From Fidelibacterota bacterium (GTDB lineage: Bacteria > Fidelibacterota > Marinisomatia > Marinisomatales > TCS56), in NCBI GenBank assembly GCA_043822705.1, contig JBDRBK010000106.1:1-28437 (forward strand): a stretch of 28,437 nt of DNA, read 5' to 3'. The position numbers and the translations under genes were made by a program. The notes below the pieces were generated by a model. It did no database searches. It saw nothing but the letters and a program-made list of their open reading frames with translations, and was not told the DNA's origin. Positions 1-9,995 of the stretch are shown here, piece after piece (the stretch's first letter is position 1; every line of letters begins with the position of its first letter).

Positions 1-945
<945 letters not shown>

Positions 946-1017
946 ATAATTCAGAGAGCAATAAGTATTCGGTTGCCGGCACCCGAACACTTATTACTGA
1001 TTACTTTTTACTAATTA
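946..1017. repeat. Imperfect hairpin with degenerate heptamer repeats between convergent genes; possible bidirectional terminator
   Basis: AATAAGTATTCGG...CCGAACACTTATT inverted repeat (960-995), followed by units reading AATAAGT/AATCAGT/AAAAAGT/AATTAGT on the minus strand. Confidence 0.55.
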
Positions 1018-1755
1018 CTATTTAGTCTCGGCCCAGCGTACGGTCTGGGTGCGATAGCCTACGGTGGCGCCTTTCTTGACCGGTACGGTCACTTTGAAAG
1101 TGGCGGTCGCGCCCGGCTCCAGGGCTGTATCGGTGATTACCCCGGTCTCGTATTTTATCCGCCGGCCCTGGACGAAGGCGGAATCCTGTCCCGCCGAGCC
1201 GGTGGAGCTGGTCCACAGGTCCGCCACCACGCGCACGAAGTCGGCCCGTTTCTGGCCGAAATTTTTAACCGTGCCGATGACCACCTCGCGATCAGGATAG
1301 ACATTGATGGTCGGTTCGCCAACGATCCGCACCTCGGCCTTGACGCCGTAATTCTCGTCCACCTGCACCACCAGGTTGCGACGGATCACCAGCCGGCCCA
1401 GGCTGGTCTGTAGGCTGATCTCTTCCGGCGATTCACCGGTGATCGTGCCCACCACCACCGTGCCGTTCTGCAGGATGATGCGTTGCTGGTTTTCCGGAAT
1501 CGGAATCATATCCAGCAATTTCTTGTCTACCGGTGGTAGAGCCTGTTTTTTTTCGTAGGCCGAGACCACCATTTTCAGTGAGTCGATCTGGCGCTGCAGT
1601 GATTCCAGATCAAGCGGCGCCGTGAAAAATGGTTTGGCCTCCGGTGTAACTTTTTTCTCGGTTTCTGGACGTACCTTAGGCAGGTCGGAACTGCTGCCGG
1701 TCTGGGCCACGGCCCAGCTCAGGCAGAGCAATCCACTGAAGATAAATCTATTCAC
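1018..1755 (-). CDS. Exported hypothetical protein (signal peptide, short coiled coil, C-terminal FxLYD-like beta domain)
   Basis: 245 aa ORF with a signal peptide ending ~AVA-Q. VIGTVKNxGxxxADFVRVVADLW resembles FxLYD domains. It overlaps the stop of the upstream gene (translational coupling). Confidence 0.7.
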   Translation of the reverse strand: MNRFIFSGLLCLSWAVAQTGSSSDLPKVRPETEKKVTPEAKPFFTAPLDLESLQRQIDSLKMVVSAYEKKQALPPVDKKLLDMIPIPENQQRIILQNGTVVVGTITGESPEEISLQTSLGRLVIRRNLVVQVDENYGVKAEVRIVGEPTINVYPDREVVIGTVKNFGQKRADFVRVVADLWTSSTGSAGQDSAFVQGRRIKYETGVITDTALEPGATATFKVTVPVKKGATVGYRTQTVRWAETK

Positions 1756-2881
1756 CGGCGCCGCCTTTCCGATGGGCGGCCAGGGCCATCCGGCGCAGCG
1801 TCTCCAGGTAGCGACCGTCCTTGTCGTAGGCAGCGGCCAATTCGCGGATAGCGTCGTAAAGATGATAATTGGCGGGGTCTTCCAGCAGGGGTATCACCCG
1901 CGGCACCAGGGTCGGATCCTTGAAACGGACCAGGCCTTTCAGGGCCTTCTCGCGCAGTGTCAGGGGGAATTCCGGATTGAGAACGATCTCCACCACGGCT
2001 TGTTTGATTTCCGGGTCGTCGAATTCGCCCAGGGCATCCAGCAGGGTATTCAGCAGACTGTAATACTGCCGCTTGCCGGAATTATAGGTGTCCAGTAGTG
2101 CCAGGATCAATTTTTCCTCTTTGACACCGGCCATGGTATTGAGGGCGAAATCGCGGACCTCTTCGCCGGTGGCCGGATCGCCCAATAGTTCGGCGAAAGA
2201 ACCGACGACATCGGCGGTCTCCTTTTTGCCGAGGATTTCAATCGCCCGGTTGCGGACGCTGATATTGACCTGCGGGTCCCGGGCGATGGAGGTCAGGATC
2301 GGCACGACTTCGTCATTGCCCAGCGTGCCCAGTGTTTCCGCCAGCAGTTTTTCAGTCCGAGCCAGGTTGGCCTTGCTGATCTCGTACAGGTCCAGCAGTG
2401 AAAAAATCTGGTCGCGGGTACGGACCTTGCCCAGTGCTTTAACCAGTTGCAGGTGCAGGCTGTTGGTTTTCTCCTCGACGTTATGCATCGCCTGGACCAG
2501 CGCCTCGGCCGCCAGCGGATCGTCGGTGAAACCGGTCATAATGTCGATCGATGCTTCCATGAAGGTCAAATCCAGGCCGTTGGCACGGCCTACCACATGG
2601 GTCAGAGCTTCCAGGGCGGAGGGATGGTGGGTGGCGGCCATGGCCCGGCCGGCCGCAATCCGGACGTCGGTCGGCGCGGTTTCATCCAGGTAGACCTTGA
2701 TCAGCTCGTCCAGAGATTGCACCTCGCCCTGCAGATAGGACAGGCGCAGTTGTTCCACCGCATCCAGTTTGGGCCGGCCGGAACCGCGCTTACCGAACAG
2801 GCCGATCCGGGAGCAGCCGACCAGCAGTAAAGCGGTGATCAGCAGCAGGACAGGCTTGACGAATTTCGGATTCTGTTTCAT
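1748..2881 (-). CDS. HEAT-repeat lipoprotein
   Basis: Lipobox LLVG-C. Repeated PBS/HEAT-like helices (VRIAAGRAMA, VRNRAIEILG, VRDFALNTMA, LREKALKGL). ATGA overlap with lpxH. Confidence 0.8.
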   Translation of the reverse strand: MKQNPKFVKPVLLLITALLLVGCSRIGLFGKRGSGRPKLDAVEQLRLSYLQGEVQSLDELIKVYLDETAPTDVRIAAGRAMAATHHPSALEALTHVVGRANGLDLTFMEASIDIMTGFTDDPLAAEALVQAMHNVEEKTNSLHLQLVKALGKVRTRDQIFSLLDLYEISKANLARTEKLLAETLGTLGNDEVVPILTSIARDPQVNISVRNRAIEILGKKETADVVGSFAELLGDPATGEEVRDFALNTMAGVKEEKLILALLDTYNSGKRQYYSLLNTLLDALGEFDDPEIKQAVVEIVLNPEFPLTLREKALKGLVRFKDPTLVPRVIPLLEDPANYHLYDAIRELAAAYDKDGRYLETLRRMALAAHRKGGAGE

Positions 2882-3630
2882 TCCCAGGTTTTTAAAATTA
2901 CTTCATTACCATCAAATTCGGCGTAAGAATAATAATTGATCCAGTCGCCCAGAATAATCATTTTACCGGTTGGTTCGGTTATCTCGCGCATCTGGTGATA
3001 GTGACCGGTGATAACGAAATCGAAACCTTCGGCGAATTTCTCATTGGCAAACAGCATAAGGTTATCCACGATCCGCTGGTTATACTCGGCGCTGTGGGTG
3101 TAATGACGGCCGCGCCGGGAAATCCAGTCGGCAATCCAGTAACCCAGCGTGGGGTGCAGCAGGCTGTAACTCCAGATGAACAAGCGGTTACGCAGCAGCC
3201 GTTTTAACAGCCGGTAGGCCCGATCCCAGATCAGCAGACCATCGCCGTGCGTGACATAAAACCGCTTATCGCCGATAGTGAAACTGGCATCATCGGCATA
3301 AGTGCTGGTCATCAATGTATCGGTGATAAAATCGCGCACCCAATAATCGTGGTTGCCCAGCAGATAATGCACCGCTATTCCGCTTTGTCGCACCTGAAAT
3401 AATTTTGCCAGAAACGGGAAGTACAGCTTGGGTATCATATATTGATACTCGAACCAGAAATCGAACAGGTCGCCGACGATAAACAGGGTGCCGCCGGAGG
3501 CCACCACATGATCCAGGAAACGGAATAATTTATCCTGCTTCGTTGTCTCATTACCTTGCGGGCGAAGCATCAGGTGAATATCGGAAATGAAAAACAGTGG
3601 TAAATCCATGGGCGTTAAAAGTAATGTCAT
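2878..3630 (-). CDS. lpxH: UDP-2,3-diacylglucosamine diphosphatase (calcineurin-like metallophosphoesterase)
   Basis: Motifs ISDIHL, GDLFDFW, GNHD, HGD, GHYH and LGDW. The start could alternatively be the ATG at 3609. Confidence 0.85.
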   Translation of the reverse strand: MTLLLTPMDLPLFFISDIHLMLRPQGNETTKQDKLFRFLDHVVASGGTLFIVGDLFDFWFEYQYMIPKLYFPFLAKLFQVRQSGIAVHYLLGNHDYWVRDFITDTLMTSTYADDASFTIGDKRFYVTHGDGLLIWDRAYRLLKRLLRNRLFIWSYSLLHPTLGYWIADWISRRGRHYTHSAEYNQRIVDNLMLFANEKFAEGFDFVITGHYHQMREITEPTGKMIILGDWINYYSYAEFDGNEVILKTWE

Positions 3631-3677
3631 CGGCGCTGGTTAAGCAATTAAATTGTCTACCGTTTATCGAGTCTTTA

Positions 3678-3706
3678 TTGACCGGTTGCAGTATTAATGC
3701 TATCTT
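3678..3706 (+). promoter_or_regulatory. Putative sigma70 promoter for the Omp85-fusion gene
   Basis: TTGACC-17 bp-TATCTT with an extended TGn, 58 bp upstream of the ATG at 3765. Confidence 0.5.
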
Positions 3707-3764
3707 TCCTCAAGGTATCCGGTCATTGCGGAACCGAAACTGAACAGAATTCGTTAGGCATACT

Positions 3765-6700
3765 ATGAAACGCTTAATCATCATCCTGCTGGCCCTGCTG
3801 GTCGGGACGCTATTCGGGCAGTCTTTCGGCCAGAACAAGGTGCAATATCGAAATTTCGATTGGTCGTACATCGAGTCGCCGCATTTCGATATCTATTATT
3901 ACGGCGACGATAAATCGCTGGCCGAGTTTACGGCGGAGGTGTCGGAGGAGGCCTACGAACAGGTTTCCAAACATCTGCGCTGGGAGCTGAATAAACGCGT
4001 TTCAATAATTATCTATAACTCGCACAACGATTTTCAGCAGACTAATGTCGTCTGGGAATACATGGCCGAAGGTATTCTGGGCGTCACCGAACTGTTCAAA
4101 AACCGGGTTGTGGTACCCTTTGAGGGGAATTACGAACTATTCCGCCATACGGTTCATCACGAACTGGTGCACGCGGTGGTCAACGACATGATTTACGGCG
4201 GTAATATTCAGTCGGTAATCTCGGGTCGGGTGCGCCTGCGGGTGCCGCTCTGGGCCAATGAAGGCCTGGCGGAATTTCTCTCATCCAACTGGGACAACAA
4301 CGCCGATATGATCCTGCGCGATCTGTCGATCAACGAACGCATACCGTCGTTGGAAGAACTGAATTATTATTTTGCTTACAAGGGTGGTCAGTCGGTCTGG
4401 CGCTTTCTGGCTGAAAAATACGGTCGCGAGAAAATCGGCGAGGTGTTTCTGGCGATGAAACGCACCCAGGATGCCGAGGCCGGTTTCCGGCGGGCGATGG
4501 GCACAGATTTTGAGGGTTTGACCGAGCAATGGCATAAATATCTGAAAAAGGAATACTGGGGTGATATCGCCGGTCGCGACGAAGTTGAAGATATCGCCAA
4601 ACGCCTGACCGATCATAAGAAAGACCGCAATTATTACAACATTTCACCGGCGCTCTCCCCCGACGCCAGCAAAATCGTCATGCTCACCGACCGCTCCGGT
4701 TATGCCGATATTGTCCTGATCGATGCCATCGACGGCCGATTGTTGAAGACCCTGGTCAAGGGCAACCGCTCGGTCGATTTTGAAGAATTGAAGTGGTTGC
4801 AGCCGGGCGTGTCCTGGTCCCCCGATGGCCGGCAGGTGATTATTGCCGCCAAAGCCGGGGAGAATGACGTGTTTTATCTGATCGATGTGGAGAACGACCG
4901 TACCGAGAAGATTATTTTAGATGTTGATTTTGACGGCCTGTTTACCGCCGATTGGAGTCCCGATGGCAGCATGTTCGCCTTCGTGGGCTCGGTCGGATCC
5001 GCCTGTGATATCTACACGTATGAACTGAAAACCCGCGAACTGACTAATCTGACCAACGATATTTATTCCGACTCGGAGCCGGCCTGGAGTCCCGACGGCA
5101 CTAAAATCGCCTTTATCTCCGACCATGCCAACGACTATGTCACTTCCGCCGCCGAGCGGGAATACCGGCACGGCGATTTCCAGAAGGATATTTTCATTTA
5201 CAACCGGACCACGGGACTGATCGAACAGGTCACCGCCACCGATTACAATGAGAATTATCCCACCTGGGCCCGCACGCGGGACCTGCTGCTGTACACGGCG
5301 GATTACAACGGTATCTCGAACCTGCATTACTACGATCTGACTACCGGCGACCAGTACCCGGTGACCAACGTGCTGACCGGCATCTACCAATTAAGCCTGT
5401 CCCGGGATGATCAGACCCTGGTTTTTTCCGGGTATTCCGATCTGGGCTGGGACCTGTACTCGATCGCCGAGCCGTTGAATCTCACCAAAACCGAGGTGTT
5501 ACCGACCAAATTCATTATCAACCGCGACTTGAACAATGAAGTACTGGTGGATCTACGCAGTGGCGAGGTAAACCGCAAGGAACTGGACGGTCACGCCCGC
5601 CAGGATTATTCGCGCTACATTTTCTCACCGGAATACGAACCCTACAACGATGCTACGTTCGGTGATAACCAGCCGGCCGAAACCGTACTGCCGGACAGCG
5701 CCCGTACCACCGAGGGTGACTATATCACGCATGCCTACAAAACCCGGTTTTCGCTGGATGTGGTCGACGGACAGGCCACTTTCAGCAATGTGTTCGGCTA
5801 TTCCGGGACGACGATGTTCATGTTCAGCGATATTCTGGGCGATCACCAGATTATCTTTGGCACTGAACTGGTGCTGACCCTGGAAAACAGCGACTACTTC
5901 TTCACATATGCCTACCTGAAACGCCGCGCCGATTACTACCTGACCGGTTATCACACCGCCGATTTCTTCGGCGACGGCTATTTCAGCATCAGCCGGTTGC
6001 GCAATTACGGTGTGTCGACCGCCGTTTCCTTTCCGCTGAACCGCTTCAACCGCTTCGACCTGCAGTTGACCTGGAGCCATGTGAAATACACGGTCTTTGA
6101 CCGCGATTATAATCCACCCTATGATTTTATCCAGGTTTTTGAAGAGCAGTTGAATACGGTGATTCCGACCGTCAGTTGGGTGCTGGATAATACCATCTAT
6201 GGTTATACGGGACCGATCGACGGCTTCCGCCAGAATTTTTCCGTCATGTTCAGCCCCAGTTCCGGTGGCGACGGTTTGTCCTTCCAGACGATCATGCTCG
6301 ACACCCGGCGATACCTGCGGTTCAAGCGCGACTATTCCCTGGCGGGACGACTGCTGTTGGGTGTCAGCCGCGGCGCCGATGCCCAGAAATTTATGCTCGG
6401 CGGCGTATCCAACTGGGTGTTTGGTTACGGCGAAACCAATGGTGAAGAGGATACCGGCAGCTACCGCGAAGGCATCCTGAACAGCGATAATGACAACATG
6501 CTGAAGGACGCCTATTTCTCGGTTTTTGCCATGCCCGTCCGCGGTACCCGCTATTATGAGCGTTACGGCACCAATGTGGCCCTGGCCAACCTGGAACTGC
6601 GCTTCCCGTTCATCAATTATTTCGCCTTGGGCTTCCCGCTGAAAATGATTTTCGGCAATATCCGCGGCCACGCGTTCTTTGATATTGGCGCTGCCTGGGA

Positions 6701-6911
6701 CAGCGCCGACGAGTTCGACGATTTCAGTCTGCTGCAGGCGAAATATGGCACCAATATTTACAGCTCCTTCAAACCGACCGTCAGCTCTTTCGGCTATGGC
6801 ATGAAAATCAATTTCGGCTATTTCCTGCTGCGGATCGATTCGGCCTGGGATATCAACCATGACGGCTACTCCAAACCGCAGTACTATCTCTCGCTGGGGT
6901 CGGATTGGTAG
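3765..6911 (+). CDS. Outer-membrane protein: gluzincin peptidase-like domain, TolB/PD40 beta-propeller and C-terminal Omp85/BamA-type barrel
   Basis: Signal peptide. HELVH plus PLWANEGLAEF (HExxH...E). Repeated P(A/S)(W/L)SPDG PD40 motifs. C-terminal beta-strand region with PVRG, NLELRFP, FFDIGAAW and a terminal aromatic residue. Confidence 0.85.
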   Translation: MKRLIIILLALLVGTLFGQSFGQNKVQYRNFDWSYIESPHFDIYYYGDDKSLAEFTAEVSEEAYEQVSKHLRWELNKRVSIIIYNSHNDFQQTNVVWEYMAEGILGVTELFKNRVVVPFEGNYELFRHTVHHELVHAVVNDMIYGGNIQSVISGRVRLRVPLWANEGLAEFLSSNWDNNADMILRDLSINERIPSLEELNYYFAYKGGQSVWRFLAEKYGREKIGEVFLAMKRTQDAEAGFRRAMGTDFEGLTEQWHKYLKKEYWGDIAGRDEVEDIAKRLTDHKKDRNYYNISPALSPDASKIVMLTDRSGYADIVLIDAIDGRLLKTLVKGNRSVDFEELKWLQPGVSWSPDGRQVIIAAKAGENDVFYLIDVENDRTEKIILDVDFDGLFTADWSPDGSMFAFVGSVGSACDIYTYELKTRELTNLTNDIYSDSEPAWSPDGTKIAFISDHANDYVTSAAEREYRHGDFQKDIFIYNRTTGLIEQVTATDYNENYPTWARTRDLLLYTADYNGISNLHYYDLTTGDQYPVTNVLTGIYQLSLSRDDQTLVFSGYSDLGWDLYSIAEPLNLTKTEVLPTKFIINRDLNNEVLVDLRSGEVNRKELDGHARQDYSRYIFSPEYEPYNDATFGDNQPAETVLPDSARTTEGDYITHAYKTRFSLDVVDGQATFSNVFGYSGTTMFMFSDILGDHQIIFGTELVLTLENSDYFFTYAYLKRRADYYLTGYHTADFFGDGYFSISRLRNYGVSTAVSFPLNRFNRFDLQLTWSHVKYTVFDRDYNPPYDFIQVFEEQLNTVIPTVSWVLDNTIYGYTGPIDGFRQNFSVMFSPSSGGDGLSFQTIMLDTRRYLRFKRDYSLAGRLLLGVSRGADAQKFMLGGVSNWVFGYGETNGEEDTGSYREGILNSDNDNMLKDAYFSVFAMPVRGTRYYERYGTNVALANLELRFPFINYFALGFPLKMIFGNIRGHAFFDIGAAWDSADEFDDFSLLQAKYGTNIYSSFKPTVSSFGYGMKINFGYFLLRIDSAWDINHDGYSKPQYYLSLGSDW

Positions 6912-6938
6912 AACTAAGAACTAAGATCTAAGAACTAA
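6911..6938 (+). repeat. Heptamer tandem repeat (GAACTAA)x4, one variant GATCTAA
   Basis: Read directly from the sequence, starting at the stop codon of the preceding gene. Confidence 0.9.
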
Positions 6939-7057
6939 GAGATATCGGTGAACTGATTACGTTACCACAATTACGTTCAGTCTTGCGTTGTCTCTGCGAT
7001 CTCAATACCTCTGCGGTTTTTACCTGATCTCCGTCCCCTGATCCCTGATTTGAATTA

Positions 7058-7086
7058 TTGACATTGGGCTCCGGCCGCCTCAATTT
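7058..7086 (+). promoter_or_regulatory. Possible sigma70 promoter for radA
   Basis: Perfect TTGACA, a 17 bp spacer and a weak -10 (CAATTT), just upstream of the ATG at 7098. Confidence 0.3.
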
Positions 7087-7097
7087 CATCGGTAGAT

Positions 7098-8453
7098 ATG
7101 ACCAGGACAACATCCAAAACAGTTTATCTCTGCGCCCAGTGCGGCGCCGATTTTCCCAAGTGGAACGGCCAGTGCCCGGCCTGCGGTGAGTGGGGAACCA
7201 TCAGTGAATTCAATACTGTCAGTCGCAGTGGCAAGCGCCCCACGGCCGATAAGCGTCCCTCAACCGCCCTGAATGACCTGCTGAAAGCCTCGCCACCCGC
7301 CCGCGTTTCCACCGGCATCGGCGAGGTCGACCGGGTGCTGGGCGGTGGCCTGCTGAAGGGCGCCCTGATCCTGCTGGGCGGTAGTCCCGGGATCGGCAAA
7401 TCGACCCTGGCGCTGCAGGTGGCCGTCAATGCGCGTCAGCCGGTGCTGTACGTCTCCGCCGAGGAATCGGAGGAACAGATCGCCCTGCGGGCCCGCCGGC
7501 TGGGCATCGCCACTGGCAATCTGCGCCTGTCCGGCGAGAACCGGATCGAGGCGATTTTAGATGAAATCAGCCTGCTGAAAACCGAGCTGGTGGTAATCGA
7601 TTCGATCCAGACCGTTTACAGCGACGCCCTGGATTCCCTGCCGGGCTCGGTCAGCCAGATCCGCGAATGCGGTCAGCAACTGCTGCAAGCCTGCAAGCAG
7701 CGGGCGGTCACCGTGATTATCATCGGCCATGTGACGAAAGAGGGACTGATCGCCGGACCGAAAATGCTGGAACACATGGTGGACACGGTGCTCTATCTGG
7801 ATGGCGACGAACGCTACGACCAGCGCATCCTGCGTTCGGCCAAGAATCGTTTTGGCACCACCAATGAAGTGGGCATTTTCCGTATGGAAGCGGCCGGTAT
7901 GGTACCGGTGGAGAATCCCTCCGAGCTGTTTCTGGCGGAGCGCACCAGCGGCGTGTCCGGGACCGCCATTTACCCGGCCCTGGAGGGCAGTCGGCCGATC
8001 CTGCTGGAAATCCAGGCCCTGGTTTCGGCGGCCAATTTCGGCACACCTCAGCGCAATGTGAATGGTTTCGACCTGCGCCGTCTGGCAATGCTGCTGGCGG
8101 TGCTGGAAAAACGCCAGGGGCTGGTGCTGGGAACCCGTGATGTATTTGTCAACCTGGTGGGGGGACTCAAAGTCAACGATCCCGCCGCCGATCTGGCGGT
8201 GATCGGCGCGGTGGGCTCCGGGACGCTGGACAGGATCATCCCGTCCGACACCGTGCTGGTGGGCGAAGTGGGCCTGGCCGGCGAGGTGCGCTCGGTAACC
8301 CAACTGGAAAAACGCGTAAAAGAAGCCCAGTCGCTGGGTTTCAAGCAGGTGGTGGCACCGGCCGGCAGCGTCCAGCGGCTGAAGTCCAAACCAGCTGGAA
8401 TCCGCCTGCATGGTGTAAAGACCGTGCGGGAGGTTTTTGAGATAATATTTTGA
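7098..8453 (+). CDS. radA: DNA repair protein RadA/Sms
   Basis: C4 zinc finger (CAQC...CPAC), Walker A GSPGIGKST, KNRFG motif and Lon-like C-terminal domain. Confidence 0.97.
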   Translation: MTRTTSKTVYLCAQCGADFPKWNGQCPACGEWGTISEFNTVSRSGKRPTADKRPSTALNDLLKASPPARVSTGIGEVDRVLGGGLLKGALILLGGSPGIGKSTLALQVAVNARQPVLYVSAEESEEQIALRARRLGIATGNLRLSGENRIEAILDEISLLKTELVVIDSIQTVYSDALDSLPGSVSQIRECGQQLLQACKQRAVTVIIIGHVTKEGLIAGPKMLEHMVDTVLYLDGDERYDQRILRSAKNRFGTTNEVGIFRMEAAGMVPVENPSELFLAERTSGVSGTAIYPALEGSRPILLEIQALVSAANFGTPQRNVNGFDLRRLAMLLAVLEKRQGLVLGTRDVFVNLVGGLKVNDPAADLAVIGAVGSGTLDRIIPSDTVLVGEVGLAGEVRSVTQLEKRVKEAQSLGFKQVVAPAGSVQRLKSKPAGIRLHGVKTVREVFEIIF

Positions 8454-8461
8454 TTTTGCCA

Positions 8462-8499
8462 AACCTTCAAGGTCACATCTTTGAGACCTTGAAGGTTAC
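8462..8499 (-). repeat. REP-like palindrome copy 1
   Basis: Reverse complement reads GTAACCTTCAAGGTCTCAAAGATGTGACCTTGAAGGTT, with 13 bp perfect arms. Confidence 0.85.
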
Positions 8500-8521
8500 T
8501 CAATAAGTATCTCAGGAATAA

Positions 8522-8558
8522 GTAACCTTCCGGGTTTTGAAGATGTAATCTGGAAGGT
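8522..8558 (+). repeat. REP-like palindrome copy 2 (degenerate)
   Basis: GTAACCTTCCGGGTTTTGAAGATGTAATCTGGAAGGT. Confidence 0.75.
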
Positions 8559-8576
8559 CTGAATGAAGGGAGGAAG

Positions 8577-9371
8577 ATGATGGCTGGAAATAAATCATTA
8601 CCCGAATATTTTTATCGATACTATAGATTTAAGGGTCCAGAGATAGATAAAGACGAGATTGAACCAATTTTCATGGATAGTGCGTTGTATTTTATACCAC
8701 CAAGTAAATTTAATGATCCGTTTGATTGCAGATCCCCAATCTTATATAATGGATCGAAAAAACGGTGGAATTATTGGCTTACAGAACAAATTGAAAAAAG
8801 ATATCCCAATTATTCTGCCAATGAAAAAAAAGAAATATTTAATAAGATGGTTAGTAATAAAAAGACAATGACACCTGAATACATTTCGGAAAAGCTGGAA
8901 CTGGTTTTTAAGGATAGAATAGGGGTGTTATGTCTTTCAGAAGTTAGTGACAGCATTTTAATGTGGGCTCATTATACATCTGGTTATAAAGGTTTTTGTT
9001 TAGAATTTAATAATCCAACGAGGATTCAATTATTTCAAAAAGCATTAACAGTCAGGTATCGTAAAAAATATCCATTATGTAATTATTTTACGACTAGTAA
9101 TCTTGATAAAATGAGAGCAGCGTTATTAACTAAATCCAATTTATGGAAATATGAGAAAGAATGGAGAATAATTGAGCATGAATCGGGGCCGGGATGGTAT
9201 CATTTCCCCAAAGAATTATTGACCGGAATTATCTTTGGCTCTGAAATTGAGAAGGATAACTCTGATCTAATAATTAATTGGGCAAATAAATATGGATTTA
9301 ACCCAGATTACTATATTGTTAAACCAGATAGGGAAAAATATCAATTAGTTATTGAAAGGCTTGATGCGTAA
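8577..9371 (+). CDS. DUF2971 family protein (AT-rich, likely horizontally acquired)
   Basis: Motifs FNDPFDC, CLSE...LMWAHY, GFCLEF and TKSxxWKYEKEWR. Visibly much more AT-rich than the flanks. RBS GGAGG. Confidence 0.85.
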   Translation: MMAGNKSLPEYFYRYYRFKGPEIDKDEIEPIFMDSALYFIPPSKFNDPFDCRSPILYNGSKKRWNYWLTEQIEKRYPNYSANEKKEIFNKMVSNKKTMTPEYISEKLELVFKDRIGVLCLSEVSDSILMWAHYTSGYKGFCLEFNNPTRIQLFQKALTVRYRKKYPLCNYFTTSNLDKMRAALLTKSNLWKYEKEWRIIEHESGPGWYHFPKELLTGIIFGSEIEKDNSDLIINWANKYGFNPDYYIVKPDREKYQLVIERLDA

Positions 9372-9408
9372 CCTTCCAGGTCTCTTGCTTTGTGACCTGG
9401 AAGGTTGC
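9368..9408 (+). repeat. REP-like palindrome copy 3
   Basis: GTAACCTTCCAGGTCTCTTGCTTTGTGACCTGGAAGGTTGC. It supplies the TAA stop of the DUF2971 gene. Confidence 0.9.
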
Positions 9409-9417
9409 TCCATAAAT

Positions 9418-9942
9418 ATGGAAAGAAATTTTACCAAGGGCAGTTATCATCATATTTACAATCGCGGCGCCAATCAATTGGAGATATTCAAGGATGATGG
9501 TGATTATCGCTATTTCTTGAAAAAACTGAACTATTGCAGGACCAAATACAAGATCGGTGTACTTGGTTACTGTCTCATGCCCAATCATTTCCACCTGTTC
9601 GTGAAACAGAAAACCACGGAATTGACCGTTGGGAAAATGATTGGCAGTCTGATTAATGCCTATACAAAAACCATCAACGTGAAATATAATAGAAGCGGTG
9701 TCTTGTTCGAAGGACCAACCAAATCGCGTCACATTACCGAGGAGGTATATTTCCTCTGGTTGTTTAAATATATTGCCTTGAATCCGGTAAAGAGCGGACT
9801 GGTGGCCCGGCCGGAAGATTGGGAGTATTCATCCCTGCCTGAGTATTTAGGTGTCCGTAAAAATGAATTATTGGACATGAAGAATTTCCAGGATTCGTTG
9901 GGCTCGGTGGCAGCAATTCGGATGTTTTTAAAGACAGACTGA
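9418..9942 (+). CDS. REP-associated tyrosine transposase (RAYT / Y1_Tnp HUH family)
   Basis: HIYNRG, YCLMPNHFHL (HUH), YIALNPVKSGL (catalytic Tyr plus NP) and WEYSS. The ATG at 9418 is preferred over the track's 9352 start. Confidence 0.9.
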   Translation: MERNFTKGSYHHIYNRGANQLEIFKDDGDYRYFLKKLNYCRTKYKIGVLGYCLMPNHFHLFVKQKTTELTVGKMIGSLINAYTKTINVKYNRSGVLFEGPTKSRHITEEVYFLWLFKYIALNPVKSGLVARPEDWEYSSLPEYLGVRKNELLDMKNFQDSLGSVAAIRMFLKTD

Positions 9943-9995
9943 AATGTGATTGGATGTCATTTTCCTGTAGCCATCAACCTTTCCGGTCTTTAAAA

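Noticed and set aside
959..969. CAATAAGTAT shared between 959-968 and 8501-8510
   Set aside because: It is a 10 bp AT-rich match with no further shared context, compatible with chance.
5625..6860. Long antisense ORFs (411 aa here; also 7557-8462, 27239-28126, 10082-10705 and others)
   Set aside because: These are shadow frames opposite well-supported genes, typical of high-GC codon bias, with no recognisable motifs.
9352..9417. N-terminal extension of the transposase in the ORF track
   Set aside because: It is just translation through the REP palindrome and overlaps DUF2971. Family-like sequence starts at the ATG at 9418.
9418..9942. IS200/IS605 insertion sequence
   Set aside because: There is no tnpB, and the NP..GL / W.YSS motifs with multiple flanking palindromes fit RAYT rather than IS200 TnpA.
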